Source: Fonticula alba ATCC 38817 (taxonomy: Eukaryota; Protista; Nucleariida). Taken from it: 25,836 bases of DNA. This document shows positions 1 to 10,028 of this stretch, piece by piece (position 1 is the stretch's first letter; each line of letters begins with the position of its first letter). Position numbers and translations under genes: made by a program. The notes beneath the pieces were generated by a model, which saw only the letters and a list, made by a program, of their open reading frames with translations, searched no databases and had not been told where the DNA came from. The DNA lies in NCBI GenBank assembly GCA_000388065.2, contig KB932206.1; one strand, written 5' to 3'.

Positions 1-87
1 CCAGGCCCCACTTGCCCTCTTCTTTGCCGAAACCCCCCCCCCCCCCCCGCCCCTCCTCTCCGCCCCTGGACCGGACAAACGCCCCTG

Positions 88-271
88 GTACGCGCGCCCG
101 CGCCGCTCGCTTGCGACCGCGCACATGGCCGAGCGCCCTCTCCGGGCCAGCAGCGCCACTTGCCTCCGCACAACCACCAAACTAATTGTCCCGCCCCCTT
201 GCGCGCCCGGTCGCTCCTCGCGCGCCCCGCCGGGCCACAGACAGGCCCCCCTCCCACCCCCCCTCCCGCAG
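88..271 (+). other. Probable 5'-UTR intron of the His-rich surface protein gene
   Basis: GTACGC donor at 88 (the same hexamer as the vigilin donor at 12633) and a C-rich tract ending cccgcag at 271, four bases before the ATG at 276. Inferred without transcript data. Confidence 0.45.
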
Positions 272-275
272 GAAA

Positions 276-3160
276 ATGACCCGGCACCGTGACACGCCCG
301 AGCCCGGGCGCGCCGGCAGGAAGGCCCTCGCGGCGTCGCTGCTGTCGGTCCTGGCCCTGAGCCAGGTGGCCGGGGCCCGGACCCCGGGACCCCTGCCCAA
401 CCGGTCGCACACGTCCCTCTTTGCCACCTACACCACCCCCCGGGACACGGAGTCCTCGCACGACCTGGGCACCGGCCTGCAGGTGGTCAGCCGGTCGACC
501 CTGATCGGCGAGCCCAGCGACTTGGCATACAACCCGGAGGCCGACATCATGCAGAACTTCCGCTTCGACGGCGGGGCCGAGGTGGGCTTCATCAATGCCC
601 GGGTGCCGAATCGCTTCCAGCTGACGGCCCTCCATGAGCCGGTGCTGGTGGTCAGCGCGCAGGACCACCTGCCGCGGCCGGGCGACGAGTCCCCCGGGTC
701 CGCCAGCCTGGACTCCTTCCTGGACCTGTATGAGCACTATGCGGACTTGCGCATGCGGCCCAGCGCGCGTCAGGCCCTGGAGGGCGTCCGGCCGATTGGC
801 TTCTCGCTGGATTACTTCCGGCCGGCCCGGCGGCCGGGGCACTCGGCCGCGCGCGGCCCCACGGCCGCGGCCCCGCGGCTGTCCGACGACCCGAACCGCG
901 GGCCGATCCCCCTGTCGGCCACCGGGGCCGCGGAAATTTGGTCCATCTCCCAGCCGCTGGATGTCCAGGCCATGGCGGCCCTGAATGCCACCGGGCAGCT
1001 GCTCGACCCGGCCCCGGGCCCCGGCAAGGGGGACGAGCTGCCGCGCTTCTACACCCTTTCCGAGCAGCAGCGCGTGTGGACCATCCGCCCGGATCGCGAC
1101 CAGGGGTGGGTCAGCACGGCCCTGCTGCCGGCCGATGCGGCCCTCGGGGCCGACGGCCGTGTGCATGCCACCCTGCCGCCGGAAACCCGCTGGTGGTCCT
1201 ACGCCATGGCCGCGGCCGATGCCCCGGTGTATGCGCTGTTCGGTGAGCGCCGCGATGTGGGCCTGGATGGCTCGGCCGGGCCGTCGGCCGGCGGGGACTC
1301 CGCCCAGCGGCGATTCTACTACCCCGGCAAGACGGTGGTCGATGTGACGGCCTACATCCGTCCATCTGCGCCGGCCGGGGCCGCGCGTGTGGCGCGCGAC
1401 GACCCGGCCTCGGGTGCATCCGGGTCCGCCGTCGAGGCCGGCAGCAGCAGCAGCCAGCATGAGGCCGGTGACCATAGTGGCAGCCACTCCGGCGGCAGCC
1501 ATGGCAGTGGCAGTCATGCTGAGGGTAGCAGCCCTGGTGAGAGTGGGAGCCACTCCAGTGGGAGCCACCATGAGGGGAGTAGCCACTCTAGTGGAAGCCA
1601 CTCCAGCGAAAGCCACCCTGACAGCAGCACTCACGCCAGCGACAGTCATGCCAGTGGCAGCCATGCCAGTGGCAGCCATGCCAGCGACAGTCATGCCAGT
1701 GGAAGCCACCATGAGGGGAGTAGCCACTCCAGTGGTCATGAGAGCACGGACAGCGGCTCTACTGGCAGCAGCGGCGGCAGCGGCGGCAGCGGGCAGTCGG
1801 AGAGCAGCAGCCATCACGCGAGTGGCAGCGATGTTGAGCACGGCAGCAGCACCCTTCCGGGGGATAGTGACAGCTCGAGCACCAGCCACCACGAGAGTGG
1901 CAGCCATTCCAGCGGCAGCCATTCCAGCGGCAGCCATTCCAGCGGCAGCGCTGAGCACAGCAGCAGCGCCGCTCCCGAGAGCGGCAGCAGCTCTAGCGGT
2001 AGCCACCATGACAGCAGCAGCCACCATGAGAGTGGTAGCCACTCCAGCGGCAGCCACTCCAGCGCTAGCGGCAGCCATTCTAGCGAGAGCAGTCACCATG
2101 ACAGCAGTAGCCACCATGAGACTGGTAGCCACTCCAGCGGTAGTCACTCCAGCGGTAGTCACTCCAGCGGCAGTCACTCCAGTGCCAGCGGCAGCCACTC
2201 CAGCGCCAGCGGCAGCCACCATGAGAGCGACAGCCATTCTAGCGAGAGCAGCCACCACGATAGTGGCAGTCAGCACGAGAGTGGCAGCCACTCCAGCGCC
2301 AGCGGCAGCCACTCCAGCGCCAGCGGCAGCCACTCCAGCGCCAGCGGCAGCATTCCGGACGATGGTGAGCTTCAGAAGGGCCCCGATGCGGTGAGCTTCT
2401 CCATGATCGTGTCCAACGATCTGCCCCCGCTGGCCCTCGAGACCATCAACAAGCGGAACATCCCGCTGGCACGCAATGGCCAGTCCATCCTCAAGTACGT
2501 CACCTGGCGCCGGTGGGCCCAGCCCAACGACACGGGCAACGAGGCGGCCGGCGTGCGCTTCCGCCACACCCACACCCCCGACCTGGAGAACGACCGGACC
2601 TCCGGCACCAGCACCCTTTGCCTATTCCGCCTCGACCAGGTGCGTCATCATCTTCCCCGCATGGCGCGCATGTCCGGCGATCCCGCCAGCCGGCCTGTGC
2701 CCCAGCTGCCATCCGCCGCCCTCCTCCTCCCCGCCCCCCCCCCCTGCCCCTGCCCCCTTGCCACACACGCGCACAGACACCCTCTCCCATGGCCCTGGGC
2801 GCATGGGTATTGATCAAGAAACTGACCTCCCACTCTCGCGGCATATGCCCCCCCCCCATTGGTGGTGCGCGCACGCCTCTCCAGACCAAGTCCGAATGGG
2901 TGCAGGTCGGTTGCGGCAGCAGCCAAGAGGACCTTCTCCCCAACGAGCAGCTTCGTCCCAACCAGGTGGACCAGACCGTGGATGACCTCTTCCCGGATGG
3001 CCGGGACACCGAGCTGTGGTCTATTCAGGGCAAGTCGCGCGGGTACTCCGAGCTGTCGAACGACGCCGGGAGCGTCCTGGCTCGCGGGCGCTCGTCCTAC
3101 TCCGGCCTAGCGTCGGCCCTTGTTGGCAGCCTGGCTGCAGTGGGCCTGATGCTGCTTTAA
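276..3160 (+). CDS. Secreted, probably GPI-anchored orphan surface protein with a large internal His/Ser/Gly-rich repeat tract (~880-915 aa)
   Basis: ATG at 276 gives MTRHRDTPEPGRAGRKALAASLLSVLALSQVAGA, a signal-peptide-like segment. Exon 276-2639 ends at CAG|GTGCGT (phase 0). The last exon is in the frame of ORF 2513..3160, with an acceptor at either 2776 (gcacag) or 2884 (ctccag), both phase 0. It ends ...NDAGSVLARGRSSYSGLASALVGSLAAVGLMLL* (TAA 3158-3160): small residues, a spacer, then a hydrophobic tail, as in GPI signals. No family recognised. Confidence 0.8.
1438..2352 (+). repeat. Coding tandem repeat region (GSHSS, ASGSHSS, SHHES/SHHDS, SHASG units)
   Basis: Repeated 15-nt GGCAGCCACTCCAGC and 21-nt GCCAGCGGCAGCCACTCCAGC units translate to a low-complexity Ser/Gly/His tract with roughly 50 His by hand count. 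Confidence 0.95.
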
Positions 3161-3475
3161 AAGCCTGAGGCGGCAGAGTGAGAAAGAGTCGGAGATGGCG
3201 ACCCGGAGAGAAAGGCAGGGAGCGAGGCCCGCCATGGGGCGGCAGGGGACAGGGAGAACGACCGGGGGGCGCCCGCCCGAGGAGGGGACCACCCAACTGC
3301 CCCTCGGCCCTGCTCTCCGCGCCCGCCCTGGAGACCCTCCCCTCCTGGCCATCCTGCGTGCCTCGCATTCGAACGAGCCCGCGCGTGTGCAGCGCCTTGT
3401 CCCCCCGCCTCTTTGGCGCGCTCGTGTGCTGCGCCAGCATCATCTCCCATTCGCCGGCTCTGCGTCGAGACGCGA

Positions 3476-3476
<1 letters not shown>

Positions 3477-3509
<33 letters not shown>

Positions 3510-3865
3510 CACCATGTATCCGGGTGAACAACACATGCGAGCCGGACCATGCGCGGCACGCATCTGTCGCGTGGGGTGTTTCACCTTGCAGAGACCGTGC
3601 GCCCTGGTGTCTGTGTGTGTGTGTGTGTGTGTCTAGCGCTCCGCCGCTCTTCGTCCGCTGCCTTGTCCCTCGCCTTCGCCCAAAAAAAAAAAACCATGTA
3701 GAAACCAAAATAGAGTACTTCCCCCTTTCCCTCCTCCTCCTTGGCCGATATGTGCGCACATTGGAGGAGAGACCTCCCCCGACGGCCGGCGGCATGAGAC
3801 ACACATACATGCGCACGCATGTGCATGCATATGGACAGATGATCGGCCTATATATATATATATAT
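3477..3865. repeat. Intergenic microsatellites: (CA)n ~3477-3507, (GT)n ~3612-3632, (TA)n ~3849-3865
   Basis: Dinucleotide runs read directly between the convergent genes 1 and 2. Confidence 0.9.
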
Positions 3866-4273
3866 GCGCATGGACATGCGTGTATATCTCCAGGCACATG
3901 TCTTGATAGCCACCGGAAGAGGGGGGAGAGTACCAGGCAAGGGGGAAGAAAGTGGCCACTCACAAGGCTGTGACAAGGCGGAGAAGCGGTCACACAAGGG
4001 CCAAGAGAGGGACGGACACATTTTTCTGATCTATGGTTGGCGAGGATGGCCGCGAAACATGGGGGGGGGGGACACCACCAGGATGGACGCGGGGCGGATG
4101 TGCATGCACATCCCCCCGGCCCGGGGAAGAAGAGGGAAAAATCAAGGACAAGGGGTTGGACCAGGCGAAGGGGGAAGGACGTGCGCGCGCGTGCGTGCGT
4201 GCCACATATCCGGACAGCCATGCGAGCGGAGGTCGAGAAGAGCCGGCACACCGGCCCATCCGTCTGTCCGCCT

Positions 4274-4925
4274 TCAGCGACGGAACTTCTTCTTCTTCTT
4301 GCCGCCGGAGGCCTTTTTGGACGCCTTGCCAGCGGACTTGCCCCCGCGCAGCTTGTCGGCCGACGGTGGCCGGATCTCGCGCTCGTGCTTGACGCGCGTG
4401 TGCTCGCTGATGTGGAAAATACCGTCGACAAACTTGCCGAAGCGCGTGCGGGACCCGATGTCGCCACCCTGGCGGCGCATCTCCCCGGCCAGGGAGGACT
4501 CGCGACCACGCTTCAGGGTGGGCGCATGCTTCGAGGTGAGGTTACCGGCCTCCAGGCTCTGTATGGCCAGGGGGAGGGGAGGTGTCAGGGGGAGGAGAGG
4601 TGTCAGGGGGAGAGGCGGCGCCACGTGCATTCATGAGTGTGTGCGCACACACACAAGGGGAATGGCGAAAGAGAGAAGGCAAGGGAAACATATGCAAAGG
4701 GGAGGCAGAAGAGGAAAGAAAAAAAAAACAATCACCCAGGGACAACGCACGGCCTGGTGCTGCTTCAGCTCACGGCCATACTGGGCCTGGCGGTGACCGA
4801 GGCCCACATTCATCGGGACATTGTGGACCTTGCCGACCTTGCCGCCGGCCTTGAGGATCTGAGTCTTGCGATAGCGCTTGAGTTGCTGGCCGGCGTAGTC
4901 CGCGGTGGCTGCAACCCGGCCGGCA

Positions 4926-5016
<91 letters not shown>

Positions 5017-5231
5017 ACCTGTCAGCGGCCAAATCCCCCGAGATCGAGAGGGACATGCATGTGAGATGGCGGAAGCGGGCACGCACCGAACCGCTCCACC
5101 TCCTGGAGCATCTCCTTGGAGATCGACCGTGCGTTGTTGAACTTGCTCAAGTTGCTGAGCACGGCATTGAGCCGGGGGTTGTTGGTCGGCGGGGCGCCCG
5201 ACCCATTTGACGACCGGCCCCGGGAGGACAT
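4274..5231 (-). CDS. FAF1/C1orf131 (DUF4602)-like 40S ribosome biogenesis factor, ~195 aa
   Basis: Exons 5231-5087, 4908-4751 and 4558-4274, with GTGCGT donors at 5086 and 4750, acceptors ttgcag and atacag, and consistent phases 1 and 0. The protein contains KAGGKVGKVHNVPMNVGLG, RTRFGKFVDGIFHISE and a basic KKKKKFRR tail. These resemble, from memory, the MPMN.RKG and G.GKF..G.L.LS motifs of Faf1/C1orf131; not search-confirmed. Confidence 0.7.
4926..5014. repeat. G homopolymer (89 nt; poly-C on the sense strand of FAF1-like intron 1); length unreliable
   Basis: Uninterrupted G run within the intron 5086-4909. Confidence 0.9.
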
Positions 5232-5616
5232 GCTGCGCGCGGGCGGGGATGGATGGAGGGGGCAGAGGACAGCGGACAGGGGGGAGGGGGAGGGGGAAGA
5301 GGCGAGAGGGGCAAGGCGGCGCAAGAGCAGGCAGAGGCAGGAGGTCGACTGGGAGGGGACTATGCCCGCCGGCCTCGGCCAGGGGACCGGCCGACGCCCC
5401 GGCCGAAATCCCCCCCCCCCCCCCCCCCCCTCCGCCCGCCGGCCCGCCCGCGCGGCATCCATCGTCTCTTCAGCCAGGAGGATGGCCGCCACCAGGATCC
5501 CTCCCCCTGCCGTGGCTGGGGCTCCGCCTTGGGCGGGGGGGGGGAACGGACAGAGCGCCCCGCGCGCGTGTGTGTGTGCGTGTGCGGCCGGCTGCGGGGG
5601 CAATGTGGCCGCGATG

Positions 5617-5632
5617 ACTTCCGGTCACGTGA
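5617..5632. promoter_or_regulatory. Adjacent ACTTCCGG (ETS-type) and TCACGTGA (E-box) motifs in the divergent intergenic region between the FAF1-like and RhoGEF genes
   Basis: ACTTCCGG at 5617-5624 is directly followed by the palindrome TCACGTGA at 5625-5632, about 390 nt upstream of the FAF1-like ATG. Function is inferred only. Confidence 0.35.
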
Positions 5633-5849
5633 TGGGTCCGATCGGTTGTTGTTTTCGTCCGCCGGCTCGGCTTTCCTGTTCCACCTCCCCCGGGCCGGTT
5701 CCCTGCCCGGTCCTTTGTACGGAGTACGCACGCACGCACGCACGGGAGGTGGTGCCGGTCTGGGCTCCGCATGCCGGGGCGAGTGCGGGCCCGAGGCAAG
5801 CCGCAACAACCGGGCGGCATGCGAGCGAGAGAGGGACAGAGATAGGGAG

Positions 5850-5852
<3 letters not shown>

Positions 5853-5893
<41 letters not shown>

Positions 5894-6225
5894 CTGACCG
5901 AGCCGGCAGACGACCCCGCCCCGGTGTGGGGTGACGGGGGGTGGAACTGGTTTCCGGGACCGGGGGAATGTCTGGGCATTGGATTTTTGGCGACCAAATT
6001 GGGCCGGCGGATTCCAGGCCGGCCCAGCCGGCGGCAAGAAGGTGCCTCTTGGGCCCGCGCTCGCGTCCGGCATCGCCTTTGTTTACCCCCGGCCGGCACT
6101 GTCCCCGCGCCTTCTTGGGGTGCGACCCGAAAAAAAGATCCCCCCCGAGCCCCTGCCACCCAGAAGAACACAACGAGCGCCCTCCCCCGCCCCCGCCCCC
6201 GCCCCCGCCCCCGCCCCCGCCCCCG
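5853..6225. repeat. (GA)n ~5853-5890 and (CCCCCG)n ~6184-6225 simple repeats upstream of the RhoGEF ATG
   Basis: Read directly from the sequence. Confidence 0.9.
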
Positions 6226-6313
6226 CCCCCCCCTCCGCACCCCCGCTGCCCTTCCGTGCTTCGCCCTTTCCCTGCCTCTTGCTGTCCCTTCCCAGCCCGC
6301 CTGGCCCTGCCCG

Positions 6314-6826
6314 ATGCTCCCCCCGCCAGTGCCTCCGCGACGTGGGGCCCCCCCCGGCCCGGCGGCCCACCCGGTGTCGGTGACTACCGAGCCCCTGTCG
6401 ACTTCGCCGCCGCCGCCGGCGGTGCCCGCGTCGCCCGTGGCCACGGCCGCCGCTGTGGCCGCCGCCGCCACCACCGCCCCCCCCTCGGCCTCTGTCTCGC
6501 CGAGCGCCATGGCCGCGCCGGCCCCCTCCCCGGCACCTGTGCGGAACTTCGGCCCCGGGACCCCGCTCGGGGTCCAGCGTTTTGCGCGGCCCGCGCCGCC
6601 GGTCACCGCCCGGCCGGCTACCCAGCGCCCCGGCGAGTCGGAGGAGGGAGCCGCTGTGGCGGCCGCCGAGGAGCCAAGCGCCCCGGCGGTCGGGACCCCG
6701 CCCAAGCCGGGCCTCATCCCGGCATCCGTGTCGTCGCCCTTCCACAACAGCCCGCTGATGCTCAACCCCCGCGAGGTGGCGCCGGCGCCCGAGACGGCCC
6801 CCATCCCGCCCCCGAGCCCGGTGGCC

Positions 6827-6858
<32 letters not shown>

Positions 6859-8153
6859 CACGACGGCCGCCGCGGTCCCGGCCCCGGCCCCGGCCCCGGC
6901 CCCCTCCGGCCCGATCGAGCACGTCCCCGTGCCGACCTCCTTCGCCACCAGTGCCCAGAAAAAGATCATCTACGAGATTTACACCACCGAGCAGACATAT
7001 GTGTCGGTGCTGCAGACGATCCTCCAGTGCTTCCTGATGCCGCTGCGGGTGGTGGCCGGCATGACCACCACCCCCTCGGCCTCCGGGGACCTCAGCAGCC
7101 TGAGGACGTCGTCCTCCATCGGGTCCTTCGATTCGGCCAGCAGCGGGGCCACTTCCGGCAGGCGGTCCTCCTCGGTGGTCAGCATCGGCCCGAAGGACTT
7201 CGGCCCGCCGCCGGGCATGCCGCTCGGCTGGATGACCGAGGCCGAGGTCCTGTCGATCTTCGCCAATGTCGAGCGCATCTACGACTTCCATGTGGAGGTC
7301 CTGGCGGTGCGTGCCCCCGACATTGCCCCTGCCTCTGGGGGTCTTCCCCGGTGCCTGCCCTCCTGTACCTGCCTTTGGCCTGCTCCCCTGGGCCTGCCCT
7401 CCTCCCCTATGGCCCTTCTCACCTCGGCCCCTTTTATGCCCATGCCTGCGCCGCGGGCGCCCGCGCCTGTGCCTGCGCGTGTGACAGAAAATGTCCCATG
7501 CCCTGCACCAATGGGACGATGAGAATGGGGCTCGGATTTTCGGCGAGTGCCTGTCCCAGCTGCTCCCGCGCTTTCCGCTGCTGTATCCGGTGTACTGCAA
7601 CAACTTTGACAGTGCCATCGCCGACTTGACCCACTTGGAGAAGCGCCGGCGCGAGCTGAAGGACTTCCTGGCCGACGCCTATGCCCAGCCGCGCTGTGCC
7701 AACCTCACCCTCAACAGCCTGCTGCTGACGCCGGTCCAGCGGATTACCCGGTGTCCGTTGCTCTTCCGCGAGCTGCTGGACAAGACGTCGGCCGGGTCGG
7801 CCGGGCAGGAGTCCCTGAGCGCGGTGCATGCGCGCTTCGTCGACATGGCGGCCGATGTCAATCGGTCCATGCAGGAGAGCGAGTCGGCCCGGCGCTTGCA
7901 GGAAATCAGCACCAACATCAAGGGGCTGGCGTCGCTCCTGTCAAGCGAGCGCGGTCGGTCTCTCATCCGCGATGGCCCGCTGGCGCTGACCACCCCGCGC
8001 AAGCCCTATCGAGCCTTGCTCTTCAAGGACTGCCTGGTTTTCGCCCTCACCACCTCCCTCAACCAGGCCGACGTGGAGCTGGTCCTGCCGGTGGACGTGC
8101 TGTGGGTGGACGATCTGGTGGATTTGGATCCGCAAACCAGTGCGCGCGCGTGC

Positions 8154-8193
<40 letters not shown>

Positions 8194-9995
8194 GCATGCA
8201 CACCGGGCCTCGCCCATGCCACCTCCCTTCGCTTGCATCCCGTCGACTGACCCTGGCGCCCCTCTCGCTGCCTGTCTCGTGCCCTCTCCTCGTGTCTGCA
8301 AGATAACCATGATGCCATTGAGATCTTCACCCCGGAGCGCCCATACACCATTTACGCCGGGACGGCCAACAACAAGCGCCTGTGGCTGGCCGCCCTGCGC
8401 AAGACCATCGCCGCCTCTCTCAATGTGCCTGAGAACCAGCTCCGTGCGTTTGGCCCCCTTCTGATGTGTTTGCCCATTTCCCCTCCCCTTGCCGGCTTAT
8501 CTCCTCTGGGGCCGGGGTCGGCCGAGAGCAAGAGGCTCCGGGCGAATGAGCGAGCGAGAGGGAGCGAGAGCCCCGGAGAGGGGGATCTTTACACGCACAC
8601 AAGACAGCCGCCCCCCGCCCGGCCGCCCCCCTCTGACATGCACACTCCAACACCCCCCAGGCAAGCGCATTGGCCGGACCTTCAAGTACCGCGACGGGTC
8701 CGTGTATGAGGGCGACTTTGAGAATGGTCGTCGCCATGGGACCGGCCGCCTGGTGTACCAGGACCACACCGTGTATGAGGGCCAGTGGCGCAATGACCTG
8801 CGCCATGGCTGCGGCAAGATGACCTACAGCACCAGCGAAGAGTATGAAGGCAACTGGAAGCGCGATCTTCAGCGTGCGTCGCCCGGCCGCCGGGCCTTTG
8901 GCACCTTGCTCCTCCGGCTCGCTGCGAATGCTGCCTTCCTTCCTCCCTCCCCTTGCACTCACACATCTCCCTGCCTGTGCCCCGCTCCCCCGCCTTCGGT
9001 CTCCTCCCCGGTGCAGATGGCCATGGCAAGCTTACCCTCACGGATGACAACATCTTCGAGGGGAACTGGCGCCGCGGCCAGAAGGATGGCCCGGTATGGC
9101 ATCCCCACTTGCTTCATGTGCCCCGGCTCCCCCGGCTCGCCTCCCCTCTCGCGCCCACGCCCCCGCCTGGGCCCGCCCAACATGCACTGACTCCATTCCT
9201 GCGTCTCGGCTTTCTTCCTCCCCTCCTCCACCGCCCATAGTGCACCATTTCCTTTGCCAATGGCGACATGTTCACCGGCTTCATGAAGAATGACATGATC
9301 GAGGGCGCCGGCACGCTGGTGTGCACCAATGGCGCGTCCTATCGGGGGCCCTTCCGTCAGTCGCTTTTCGACGGGCCGAATGCCGAACTGGTCTACCCGA
9401 ATGGCGAGAAGTATGTCGGGCCCTTCAAGGCCGGCCTGCGTCATGGCCCCAACGGCACGATGACCTATGCCGACGGCTCCGTGTATCATGGGGATTGGCG
9501 CTCGGACCAGGTGCGTGCCTGGGCCTTCTGTGCCCTCGCCTCCCCCCCCCTCTCTCGCATTTTGCCAGTTAAGCAGCATCGACAGTCGCACCATGCTGAT
9601 TTCCTCCTCCCTCACTCGACTGCACGCTCGATGGGCTTTGCAGCGCCAGGGCATCGGCCGCCTGGACGGGCCGCTGCCGGAGGAATTCTACCAGGGTGGC
9701 TGGCTGTCAGATCTGCGCCACCACCATGGCGAGCAGCTCTACGCAAATGGCGACCACTATGAGGGGTCGTTTGCTTTCGATGTGGTACGTTGCATTGGCG
9801 AAAGACGCCCCCGGGCATCGGGGGGCGCGCCGCACCGCGCCACAACCACGGTGTCTGACCCGGTCCTCCCCCCATCCATCCCTCTGCCCCTCGCTTTCTC
9901 TCTCTCTCCCTCTGTCTCTGCCTCTGCGTCTCGTTGTCGTGGCTGGACGGCACCTCCTCGACGCGCGCCGTCACAACACCCGCACCCATGCCGTG

Positions 9996-10028
<33 letters not shown>

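Noticed and set aside
125-292. Out-of-frame upstream ORF (55 codons) overlapping the ATG at 276
   Set aside because: Its ATG lies inside the probable 5'-UTR intron 88-271 and would be spliced out; there is no independent support.
1387-2394. 335-aa Ala/Thr/Pro-rich ORF on +
   Set aside because: It is an alternative-frame shadow of the His/Ser repeat; repetitive GC-rich DNA lacks stops in several frames.
3157-4273. Several ORFs of 80-450 aa between genes 1 and 2
   Set aside because: They translate microsatellites (VCVC, HTHT, IYIY) and simple repeats with no coherent protein; the region is convergent 3'-UTR/intergenic DNA.
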